A stretch of DNA of 64,000 nucleotides from an uncultured Pseudomonadota bacterium (GTDB lineage: Bacteria; Chloroflexota; UBA5177; JAJPKF01): contig CAWIIC010000003.1 of NCBI GenBank assembly GCA_963836045.1, forward strand, positions 2,854-66,853, in the 5' to 3' direction. A program made the translations under genes and the position numbers. Numbering within the stretch: position 1 is the first letter of the stretch; every line of letters begins with the position of its first letter. Below are positions 10,102 to 18,116 of this stretch, piece after piece. A model generated the notes under the pieces. The model saw only the letters and a list, made by a program, of their open reading frames with translations, had not been told where the DNA came from and did not search any database.

Positions 10102-10761
10102 CTAACGTGGTTCCGTGGCAGCCCTCCTCGTATGTTGCCGGACTGACGTTGCCGAGCGTGGTGTGCCGGCCGTCCCCTCCGCTGGGTCACAGATGAGATC
10201 CGTCGGGGTCGGTGCAGTCATCTCTACCATCAACTGGATGATGTGGCGAGGCGTGCGGAACTGGCCATTCTGTCCCGCCGATGCGATCTTGCTCAGCATG
10301 TACTCATAGAGATCACCTTTGGTGTCCCGTTCTTCCATAGGTACATCCGAGATCATGTCGACTACCTTCGCCAGCAGTGCGGGCGTTGGGATCGTGAAAC
10401 GCGCATCTCTCATGTGGTGCTGATAGGTTGAGCCGTCATCGCCAAGCATTCGGAGCCAGGGGAAAATGTGCTCGCTGACAACTACATACATGTCGGCAGG
10501 TGCGAGGTTCTTGAAGCGAGACCATCGAAAGTCGACGTATGGACGACCACGAGAGTCGGAACCTTCGGGGAACACAGCGCGCTCAATTGGGTCGCCCGTC
10601 CGGGCCGACCTGTTCTCCGCAAGGGTCTGGAGATCATCGAGCCGCCGCAAGAAGAGAAGGTAGGTGATCTGCTCGATGACTTCTAGCGGATTGGAAATTC
10701 CGCCCGACCAAAATGCGTCCCAGATGCGGTCGACCTGATTCTTGATGGCGCCTGTGATCAT
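10102..10761 (-). pseudogene. hsdM: Type I restriction-modification methylase HsdM, N-terminal ~200-aa fragment
   Basis: HsdM_N-type N-terminus (IWDAFWSGGISNPLEVIEQITYLLFLRRLDD) and the start of the N6-methylase domain (GQFRTPRHIIQLMVEMTAPTPTDLICDPA). The sequence breaks off where CGTAGFL should follow. No hsdS or hsdR gene is nearby. Confidence 0.8.
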
Positions 10762-11018
10762 CGGCTAGTTCTCCCCCGGGTTTGCGTTCCCAGAAAGTCT
10801 AAGTCGACGTCGTCCTGGCATGCGACCGCAATCCTTTCGAGTTGTTGAGCACATGCTGACTTAGCTCTGCCATCTCGCGTGCTAACCAAAGGGCCATCGG
10901 TGTCCACATGCTCCGCATGAAGCGACTGACAACGCTAGGAGACGACCGTCAGAGCCGAGGCTGGGTACCCGCGGACATCTCCGGACGCGTAATCGACGGG
11001 TTCCTCGGCAGCGATCAC

Positions 11019-11110
11019 GGCTGCAACGAGTATCGTGCCTCGCGTCTAATTGGCCGTGCTTGTTCTCATACTGCGTTGGCCGCAAGCGCGAACGAGACCC
11101 GTGACTATCT
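11019..11110 (+). repeat. Badly decayed tRNA-3'-portion module (Met-CAU-like)
   Basis: GTTCTCATACTGCGTTGGCCGCAAGCGCGAACGAGACCC (11062-) aligns with GTTCTCATAATCCCTTGGTCGCTGGTTCGAATCCGGCC of the 23.5-kb module. GGCTGCAACGAG upstream resembles the GGCTGCAAAAC arm repeat. Confidence 0.35.
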
Positions 11111-11141
11111 ACTGTGCCACTCTCCACCCAGGCGGAAAAAC

Positions 11142-11466
11142 TAATGCAATAGGTAATGCCAGGCCGAAAAGTAATGCAATACGTAATGCAAAACGAGTGA
11201 TCTACCGGAGTCTAGGAGCGTCCAGCGTGATTGCCGATGTCCACGAATCGTTTGCGGAACGCCATGTTTGGACTCACTTGGAAACGCCTGGATACAATGA
11301 GGTCGGTTTGCTAAACCGCTAAGGGGGTAACGCCCTTCGAGGGTTCGAATCCCTCCCTCTCCGCCACAGCCCTTTATTCCAGCCAAAATGCTGTCGGTAT
11401 CCTGCTCACTTCCGGTCGCGATCTCGTCTAGTTAACGCGCAAACACTGCAAAAGTACTGCAAAAGT
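11142..11466 (+). repeat. tRNA-3'-portion module, Ser(GCU) type, with flanking direct repeats (att-like)
   Basis: GTAATGCA(A) occurs 4x at 11142-11191. The core at 11303-11366 reads TCGGT-TTGCTAA-ACCGC, then a long variable arm with a 5-bp stem, GAGGG-TTCGAAT-CCCTC, and CCTCTCC-G-CCA. ACTGCAAAAGT occurs 2x at 11445-11466. There is no canonical D arm, and the candidate 5' acceptor strand pairs only 5/7. Confidence 0.7.
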
Positions 11467-11547
11467 TTCTTCACCCCGGGAACGTGAGGTAATGGCAGCA
11501 CAGCAACCCAGGTCCGGTACTCTTCCACCAGAAGCGGTCCACGGCTA

Positions 11548-12255
11548 TTGGATCAGATGTTCGCCGTCTGGATCATGCCGTCGCTCGTTGCAAGAGGTTT
11601 GACGCTCGAACGGTCTGAAATATCCCAGGCGTTGATTCTGCTAATACCTTCCATGCCTCCCACAGTGCATATCAACTCAGAGGCGGAGTTGGTCGCAGTG
11701 TTTGCTGCCGCAACCCGAGACATTTCACCGGGAGAACCGATCACTGGAGACGACGTCACAGAACTGGTTGGGATCCGTCCCCGCGAGGACCCCGGTGACT
11801 CCGGCTGGCTAGCATTCGCGACTGTCGGAAGCGAAATCATTGTTGGATGGGACGGCCGACGCAACCGCAAGAGCGCATCCCGACTCGTTGATCGAGCTCG
11901 CGAATTCCTTGCATGCGCCATCGACTCCGTGAGCAATGGCCGATTAGCGCCGGCGGTGGAGTGCGCATTCGCAGCCGCAGAACTAGGTGTCAAAGCTGAC
12001 ATGTTTCTTATGTTTGATCGACCGACGACGAAGCACTGGGAACGGGCCAACTGGTGGTCCGAGTGGGAACGGCTCGGAAACGCTCCGGACGGGACGGCAA
12101 GTACGCTGAGCCGTCTCTATTCTGAGCGTCCAAGTGCTCGATACGCCGAATCCCAAGTCAATGTTGATCCAGCCGAGATGTCATCATTGCTGGAATCGGT
12201 CTCGGTCCTGATCGAGCATGTGGCTGAACGGATCGCCGTCGAGCTGGTGCCCTAA
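11548..12255 (+). CDS. Hypothetical protein with HEPN-like C-terminal helical region
   Basis: The C-terminal half (ASRLVDRAREFLACAIDSVSNGRLAPAVECAFAAAELGVKADMFL...HWERANWW...RLYSERPSARYAE...LLESVSVLIEHV) follows the HEPN helix pattern. I cannot point to a clear R-x4-6-H motif. Confidence 0.4.
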   Translation: MDQMFAVWIMPSLVARGLTLERSEISQALILLIPSMPPTVHINSEAELVAVFAAATRDISPGEPITGDDVTELVGIRPREDPGDSGWLAFATVGSEIIVGWDGRRNRKSASRLVDRAREFLACAIDSVSNGRLAPAVECAFAAAELGVKADMFLMFDRPTTKHWERANWWSEWERLGNAPDGTASTLSRLYSERPSARYAESQVNVDPAEMSSLLESVSVLIEHVAERIAVELVP

Positions 12256-12268
12256 CTACTAGGTGGCG

Positions 12269-13000
12269 TCACTCAAGTTCGGGTTCACTCCGAGGCTTGC
12301 TGAACAGGGCATCCACGCGGTCGGCTGCATCTTTGTGTAGCGTGGGCAAGACGTGGCTGTAGGTGCCCAGCGTCAAGCTAATCGTGCTGTGACCCAACAT
12401 CTCTTGCACGACGCGTGGATGAATGCCTTCAGCAAGAAGTTGCGACGCGGCTGTGTGTCGTAGGTCGTGAACGCGGATGCGGGACAGGCTGGCCTTCTGC
12501 TTTTCGCACACCAATTTCGAGCGCGCGGACTTTCCGTCACCTGCCCAATGTGCGATGTATCCGAAAGAATTTTGACTCGAGTCGATGCCCAGTTCGTGGC
12601 AGACGGCGTGAATGCCGCATGAGTTCGCGCCAACTCCTATCGAAAGCGCATCCAGCGTAGCGAACACTGACGGAGTTGCTCGATCACTGCATTTCTCGAT
12701 GGATGGCGGCAACGTCAATGGCCCTGAAGGGCACCAGTGCAACACAAACTCCAAGGAAACGTCCCACATCACTCAATAGATGGAAGTGTTCCAACTGAAA
12801 CGTCTCGAGTCGATGACAGCGGCGGCACCTTCTGCGGTAGCGGTATAGCGTCGCTGTCGTGATCCAAACGCATTCGGGGGAACATGACTTCCAACCCGAA
12901 GGTCCGGCGTTCTGGGGTCCCCGCCAGTTGTTGAACACTCGATCACGCTGATACGCATTCGATGACAGCGCGATCGGTCCTTCGATTAGCTGGTGAGCTT
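12269..13000 (-). pseudogene. Tyrosine recombinase (phage-type integrase) remnant
   Basis: The C-terminal catalytic blocks are intact (VHDLRHTAASQLLAEGIHPRVVQEMLGHSTISLTLGTYSHV). The box I region is degenerate (ALSIGVGANS, where TGLR..E is expected). Upstream parts are scattered over two other frames (12773-12958, 12684-13124). Confidence 0.75.
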
Positions 13001-13091
13001 CAGCCTGACCGGATGGGCAACCCGTCCGTCGGCTCGTCGTAGAGGAAGGATTTGGCCCACTCGTTGGGGGTCTCGCTTGTACACTGGAAGT

Positions 13092-13797
13092 ATGGCGCAG
13101 TGCACAGCACCTGTACGCGGCCACCGTTCATCGGCCGCTGCTGCGAATTGTCCTGCTTGCGGGGGACGGGGATACTACCGCTCTTCCTACTCCTACTCTC
13201 CGCCCGTCTCGTCTTACCGGAGCGGGTCGTCATTCGGTGGGGCCGGTTCAAGCGGCGGCAGGTCCTCCGGCGGTGGGAGATCGCGTCGGACTAGGGCTGG
13301 CGGATCGGTCTCGTACAGCCCAACCGAGTGGCGCTCCATCGAACCCCTCGCTCGCAAGGCCGTCGAGCAATCGCGCGAGCACCCAGACCGTCGGGACCTT
13401 TTCTTATGCCATGCATGGGACGATCGAGAGGGCAGCGCCTCTGAGTTGTACAACCGCCTGCAATCCAATGGCGCGTCGGTCTGGTTCAGCGAGAAGGATG
13501 TTCCCCTCGGCAAGCAGTTGATCCGTGAGATCGACAAGGGGCTCAAGAACTCTCGCGTCGGAATCGTGCTGGTGACCCCGGCGCTGCTCAAGAGCATCGA
13601 TGGAAAAGGAACTCTCCGTGCTGCTCGCGACCGGCCGGGTTATCCCCGTTGCGCATGGGACCACCTTCGAGGCACTGCGAGAGGTCAGCCCGATGCTGGC
13701 GTCGCACGCGGGACTGAACACGGCAGATTCGTCGCTGGCGGACGTGGCCGCCAAGGTCGCCGCAGCAGCAGCGGCGCTAGCCGACGACGGGGTCTAA
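13092..13797 (+). pseudogene. TIR-domain protein with Cys-pair N-terminus and Gly/Ser-rich linker; one frame break at ~13603-13610
   Basis: The order is MAQCTAPVRGHRSSAAAANCPACGGRG, a low-complexity SSYSYSPPVSSYRSGSSFGGAGSSGGRSSGGGRSRR linker, then a TIR_2-like block (DLFLCHAWDDREGSASELYNRLQSNGASVWFSEKDVPLGKQLIREIDKGLKNSRVGIVLVTPALLKS). The conserved tail ELSVLLATGRVIPVAHGTTFEALREVSPMLAS lies in the frame of ORF 13600-13797. Confidence 0.75.
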
Positions 13798-14199
13798 CGC
13801 GGTTATAGTGGCGCCGCGAACCACGGTCCGGTCGGCCCCTGCGCGGTGACCGGTCTGGTGCTGACTCCCCGCGGGCGATGGATCGATCCCTCTCATGGGC
13901 CAAGGATGCGACGTCGGGGAAGGGCTGACGAACGCCGACGACTGATCACGCAACGAGCCGAGCCGTGGAGCATCCCACTACGCCCCTCGATAAGCGGCAC
14001 AGCCTGGTCCATGCAACCCGAAGGTCTGGGTCGCTGTCCCTTCAGTCGGGTTTCTGGGGACCAGAGCTTGGGACCGACGGCATCCGGTTGCGAGTCAGCA
14101 AACGGTCGCGATTGAATCCGTTTCGGAGAGTTCCGTCGACCCAGTCTTGATAGCGGGTTCGTAATACAAATTCGAAAGTGGACTATACCAGATCCGCAT

Positions 14200-14365
14200 G
14201 GCTGCAAAACGGCTGCAAAACACGATGGAGGAACATGGATGTTCAGGGACAATCGCGGTCTGAGCTCCACAGAATTACGCCAGAAATGGATGTTGACGGA
14301 TGACTGCGGACCGATGACATGGAACTTCTAATCCGATGGTCGCCGCAGGCGCTGCATCAAGGTCC
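14200..14365 (+). repeat. Truncated tRNA-3'-portion module (identity unclear)
   Basis: GGCTGCAAAAC occurs 2x (14200-14221), followed by the GATGTTCAGG block shared with the 23.4-kb module. Then comes CTTCTAATCCGATGGTCGCCGCAGG (14325-), which aligns with GTTCTTTTAATCCGTTGGTTCCGGG of the Lys-type module. The T arm and acceptor are missing. Confidence 0.45.
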
Positions 14366-14367
14366 AG

Positions 14368-14649
14368 TACTGCAAGACGTACTGCAAAAGGAGACCGTCC
14401 AGATACATCTAGGTGCGGCCAGTCACCAATGCCGTTGCGCACTTTTGGCGTCTCCGCTGGTCTCATGGATCGCTATGGATGCGCCTGGAGGAGCGAGATT
14501 CGGATTGCTAATCCGCTGTGGGGAGTAATCTCTATTGCGGGTTCGAATCCCTACCTATCCGCCACAGCCCTTTCTTACGGCGACAAAAACGACCGATTCG
14601 GTTCTGCGTTACGTCGTTTCGTTCTACTTTGGGACCAAGTACTGCAAAG
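14368..14649 (+). repeat. tRNA-3'-portion module, Ser(GCU) type, with flanking direct repeats (att-like)
   Basis: TACTGCAAGACG/TACTGCAAAAGG at 14368-14391. The core at 14500-14564 reads TCGGA-TTGCTAA-TCCGC, a long variable region, GGGTTCGAATCCC (T stem imperfect), and CCTATCC-G-CCA. The downstream CAGCCCTTT is shared with the 11.3-kb copy. GTACTGCAAAG lies at 14639-14649. Confidence 0.65.
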
Positions 14650-14861
14650 CCTTGAGAGTTCCTGCGGAGCTGTGGTGACATGAGGTAGTTAGACACAGAT
14701 GTACGGCAACGTGCGAAGCTAGGAATCAGACGTGGACGGAGCGCCTACTGTCACAAAGACTGACCTGTTACAAGATTCGCGGTCACGGAAATCCATGAGA
14801 CCCCAACTGGATTCTGAGCGGTGATGCCGTTGAGACATGGCATATCGAGCTTGTTGGTGGC

Positions 14862-16376
14862 GTGGAGAGCGACACCGCCCACTTCTCTCTCTATCTTGGT
14901 GAAAGCGAGTCTCCGGAACCGCCATGGGTGGGTTTCTTGCGATCGGAGTTTCGCGATCTCCGCCCGGTTCCGGCGAGAAGCAATCTCGGGGCGGTGCTTC
15001 TCGTTCGACTCGCCGGCGAAGGTGAAGGCGAAGTCTTTGCATACGCCTTCGGATATGGTCGCCTGTTTCTGAATCGTCGGCGAATCGATCGCAGTTGGGG
15101 ATTGCGCGCCGCCCTAAATCTGACGAACCATGAACAACTTAAGTCGCTCACAACGAAGATCGTTGGCAGTAACACGCTGCACATGCAAAGTACTGCGACA
15201 AGGGATGACGCGGTCTTCACGTTCGAAATCGACACCGGGCGCAGTCTTTTGGGCGCCATAGAAGGACGGACACTTGATCCGGAAGGCTGGGGTAATCGCA
15301 TCTCAGGTGGGGATGCCGTGAAGTTCGCCCCATCAGTTTCCGTTCGCGAATTGGAGGAAGCGTGTCGAGCACTATTGATCGCACGGCGCGCAGACGACTA
15401 TAAGGCACATATTCCGTGGGCCGACAACATGTCTGAAGTGGACAACCTCGAGCTACTCGAAGAGTTGTCCTCCGCATCTATAGGCGAGATTCGGGCAAAT
15501 TCTGGAAAGTTTGAGATAGTCGCGCCGGCCATCCTCACCAACCAGGACTACGAGTACTTTCAGTACTCGCACGCGCGTGACCGCCAGCACGGGGTCCCGC
15601 GACGTGAGTTGCGCCTTATCGACTATTTGCAATATGTAAATCGCGGATTGCTGGACGTGGCAACCCTGCAGCGTCACGAGATCAGGGCCGTAAGTACTGA
15701 GGGGGAGGACGTTGAATCGTGGTCGGTGTGGAATTGCATTTCGGGCGTGCTCGAATTGCGCGGACAGTCTTTTGTGTTGGACGAAGGCAAGTTCTATCAA
15801 GTAGATAGTGACTTTCTCGCGGGATTGGATGGCTCGATCGATGGCCTCGACTCGCACCATCTGGAACTCCCGACACTCGCGGTTGGTGAAGCGGAAGAAG
15901 CGTATCTGCTACGAATTGCTGAAGACATGGCTGACATGCTCCTGCTGGATCAAAGACTCGCACGAATTGCTGGGGAAGATCCGATTGAAGTGTGCGACCT
16001 ACTTCGGACTTCCGGAGAACTCATTCACATGAAGAAGGGCTTTACGGGTGCCGGGTTGAGTCACCTATGTAGACAAGCGACAGGCTCAGCCGAAGCCTTG
16101 GCGACGAGCCCCGCCTTCCGGGACGCCGTCAGGGCCCGCATGGTGCGAATTGCCGATGACGGTGGTGGGGAAGTCATGATCTGGGTGGCGGGTCTGCTGA
16201 GGGATCCGTTTGTCCCGACGGAAGTAACTTTTGCCATCGCTGGGCATTGGGCAGGGCGAAGTGCATCCGCAGGACTACCGTTTGGAAGCAAGATGGGTTT
16301 GCGCACGGCCGCCGAAAATCTCCGCAGACGTGGATTCGTCCCGCGATTGATTCGAGTCGAAATCGAACGACCTTAG
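14862..16376 (+). CDS. TIGR04141/DUF6119-like 'sporadically distributed' protein (function unknown)
   Basis: A 504-aa intact ORF. The C-terminal block IEVCDLLRTSGELIHMKKGFTGAGLSHLCRQATGSAEAL matches my recollection of that family's signature (E.cD...g.liHvK..s.s..lSHL..Q). This is a family assignment from memory, not a search. Confidence 0.55.
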   Translation: MESDTAHFSLYLGESESPEPPWVGFLRSEFRDLRPVPARSNLGAVLLVRLAGEGEGEVFAYAFGYGRLFLNRRRIDRSWGLRAALNLTNHEQLKSLTTKIVGSNTLHMQSTATRDDAVFTFEIDTGRSLLGAIEGRTLDPEGWGNRISGGDAVKFAPSVSVRELEEACRALLIARRADDYKAHIPWADNMSEVDNLELLEELSSASIGEIRANSGKFEIVAPAILTNQDYEYFQYSHARDRQHGVPRRELRLIDYLQYVNRGLLDVATLQRHEIRAVSTEGEDVESWSVWNCISGVLELRGQSFVLDEGKFYQVDSDFLAGLDGSIDGLDSHHLELPTLAVGEAEEAYLLRIAEDMADMLLLDQRLARIAGEDPIEVCDLLRTSGELIHMKKGFTGAGLSHLCRQATGSAEALATSPAFRDAVRARMVRIADDGGGEVMIWVAGLLRDPFVPTEVTFAIAGHWAGRSASAGLPFGSKMGLRTAAENLRRRGFVPRLIRVEIERP

Positions 16377-16418
16377 TTCCAGCCGCCTCGGCTTGCGCTA
16401 GAGGGTTGCTTGCCAGCT

Positions 16419-16772
16419 TTAGATTTCTGGAAATCGACGACTAGGTTCGCCTGGCCCTTGGACCCAGCTTGGTCGGGCTGGCTGATGACCGCCCTCTGTC
16501 AGTCCGAACGCCGTGCACGCATGGCTCAACTTGCTTCGAATGTCAAGGGCCCGCTCGGTGGTGATCACACCTTCGAGCGGGTCGAGATGGTACTCGGATA
16601 CGACTTCGTCGATTTGATCTTGCGTTACACCAAGCTGCTCTGCAAGTGTTTCTTTGGTAAACCCTTCCACGATGTGCGCCTCGCCCCTTCGCAACTGAAG
16701 GTGTCTGCCCAGATTATCGCCGGTCCGGTTGCTGCAAAGGCTTCGAAGTGCGCGACGTGCTGACATTTGCAT
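16419..16772 (-). CDS. Small XRE-like HTH protein
   Basis: GFTKETLAEQLGVTQDQIDEVVSE looks like an HTH. The gene is convergent with the TIGR04141-like gene. Its ATG lies 5 nt from the GTACAGT tandem repeat (16778-16796). Confidence 0.5.
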   Translation of the reverse strand: MQMSARRALRSLCSNRTGDNLGRHLQLRRGEAHIVEGFTKETLAEQLGVTQDQIDEVVSEYHLDPLEGVITTERALDIRSKLSHACTAFGLTEGGHQPARPSWVQGPGEPSRRFPEI

Positions 16773-16777
16773 CGTTT

Positions 16778-16960
16778 GTACAGTGATTCGTACAGTAATG
16801 CGACGCGTCTAGGGATCTGCAGGGGCATCCAGGGGTGCATGCAATGTAGATAACTTGGCGTTATTCCGCCGTTGTTGGACATCAAGAAACGCCATTGGAC
16901 GTCCTACAAGTGTTCTCATAATACCTTGGTCGCTGTGCCGAATCCAGCCGGGCCCCAACC
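16778..16960 (+). repeat. tRNA-3'-portion module, Met(CAU) type, decayed
   Basis: GTACAGT 2x (16778-16796). The core at 16915-16957 reads CTCATAA-TACCT-TGGTC-GCTGT-GCCGAAT-CCAGC-CGGGCCC, a mutated copy of 23475-23519. The downstream CTTGTTTGCCC...GCCAAAAACAGC parallels the 23.5-kb copy. Confidence 0.6.
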
Positions 16961-17036
16961 TAACCTACATCCTTGTTTGCCCAGCAGTTTAGCCAAAAAC
17001 AGCATATCAACAATGGATTGCAATGCGGCCATCTAC

Positions 17037-17882
17037 TCAACATGAATGCTGATTTTGAGATTTGTGCAGTAGATGTACAGTGATGCCGACGCGGGATGGA
17101 CCAGCGGCCGCGTTCAGTACAGCACCAGCTTGTGCCTTATTGACCACCTTCCCGTTCTGAAATTCAATGTAGGCGTTAGCACCGCTGTTCCCCTCGGTCC
17201 AGGAGTAGATTGCAGTTTGGCTATCCCCGGATCCCGACTGCTCTGAGAGTGTCCCCGTTCCGAGCAATGACTGCACTTGCGCGAGCGTCATACCGATCTG
17301 CACAGCATCAAAGCTTCTTAGAGTCAATGATCCAGGGGTGGCGGGCTGCGGTGTAGTGGGTGTCGAAGGGACTGCGTCGAACGGTACGGTAATGGCTAGC
17401 GGTTCACTGACCAGATCAGCACTGATCTGCATTGTGCGTATATTCGATGTCGGTGGTGATGGAGTTCCTAAGGTCGCTACGATATCTCCCGGCCAGGTAC
17501 TCAGTTCTCCTGCAGTTTGTGTTTGCGCAGCATCGTAAAAGAGATCAATGGTCGCGGCACAGTAACTGTCGAGGTGGTTCGCAAAGAAGAAGTCCAACGC
17601 ATCACTAAGCCGTGTGTAACTCGATGCGTTTTCACTCACGACCGCTGCGTAAAATGGTGATTCGCAGATGCCGGGTTGCGCGCCATTTTGATGGGTCACC
17701 ACGTTGAGGTCGCTGACATTTCCTTTCGCAGCAATCAATCGTAAGTCAGCCGCGCTCCTCGGGACAGTCAAACTGGCTTGCGTCGAAGCGGGTTGTGAAG
17801 GCGTCGGCGTCTGCTTCTGGGGGTTGGAGTTCAATGCGGTTCCTGATGAGCCGCATCCAACTAGGGCCATGACCACTGCCAA
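17037..17882 (-). CDS. Lipoprotein with C-terminal DUF3862/BLIP-like domain
   Basis: Lipobox MAVVMALVGC. The C-terminus (FDAVQIGMTLAQVQSLLGTGTLSEQSG...AIYSWTEGNSGANAYIEFQNGKVVNKAQAG) fits the small beta-rich lipoprotein-domain pattern. Confidence 0.6.
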   Translation of the reverse strand: MAVVMALVGCGSSGTALNSNPQKQTPTPSQPASTQASLTVPRSAADLRLIAAKGNVSDLNVVTHQNGAQPGICESPFYAAVVSENASSYTRLSDALDFFFANHLDSYCAATIDLFYDAAQTQTAGELSTWPGDIVATLGTPSPPTSNIRTMQISADLVSEPLAITVPFDAVPSTPTTPQPATPGSLTLRSFDAVQIGMTLAQVQSLLGTGTLSEQSGSGDSQTAIYSWTEGNSGANAYIEFQNGKVVNKAQAGAVLNAAAGPSRVGITVHLLHKSQNQHSC

Positions 17883-17966
17883 ACCACGACAATCTCATGG
17901 AGCAATGGTAGCTAAGTGTTTACAGCTAGGCAGAGCTCTGTCAGCCGAGTCCGAAGCTGCTCCTTT

Positions 17967-18110
17967 GTCTCGCCTTCTGCAAGCAGTCTGAGTGTGTCAG
18001 AGGAAATCGAACACACTCAGAAATCGGGGAATTCCGTCACTCTTGGACAGACGTGGACACACTCAGACGTCATCGATGCGGTTTGCTAAACCGCTTAAGA
18101 TGCCTAGCAC
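17967..18110 (+). repeat. Fragmentary tRNA-3'-portion module: Ser(GCU) anticodon arm only
   Basis: AGACGTGGACACACTCAGACGTCATCGAT aligns with AGACGTGGAGAGACACCCCAAGATGCCTGATCAG of the 23.4-kb module. A perfect arm GCGGT-TTGCTAA-ACCGC follows (18078-18094). The variable arm is partly recognisable, and the T arm and acceptor are absent. ACACACTCAGA occurs twice direct and once inverted (17981-18067). Confidence 0.5.
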
Positions 18111-18116
18111 GCCTAG

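Larger units (their letters stand above)
11303..14564 (+). mobile_element. Candidate dead integrative element bounded by two tRNA-Ser(GCU)-type cores
   Basis: Direct-orientation Ser-type cores sit at 11303-11366 and 14500-14564. The same arm repeat family (ACTGCAAAAG) lies on both inner faces (11445-11466 and 14368-14391). An integrase remnant lies inside (12269-13000). The cores are only ~70-75% identical by eye. Confidence 0.35.

Noticed and set aside
11142-11191. CRISPR-like array (four GTAATGCA repeats), and the other tandem short repeats
   Set aside because: The repeats are 7-12 nt with an 11-18 bp period and only 2-4 copies. They have no spacer structure and no cas genes. They fit protein-binding arm sites, not CRISPR.
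11280-11366. Possible intact tRNA-Ser(GCU) gene (and likewise at 14477-14564)
   Set aside because: The 3' two-thirds is canonical. However, the candidate 5' acceptor strand pairs only 5/7 (6/7 at 14.5 kb). Only 16 nt, with no D-stem pairing, separate it from the anticodon stem, and U8 is absent. I treat both as non-functional tRNA-like sequence.
11553-12050. 165-aa minus-strand ORF
   Set aside because: It is fully embedded antisense in the 235-aa HEPN-like ORF and is Ser/Ala/Arg-rich with no motifs. The + strand product has the more protein-like helical pattern.
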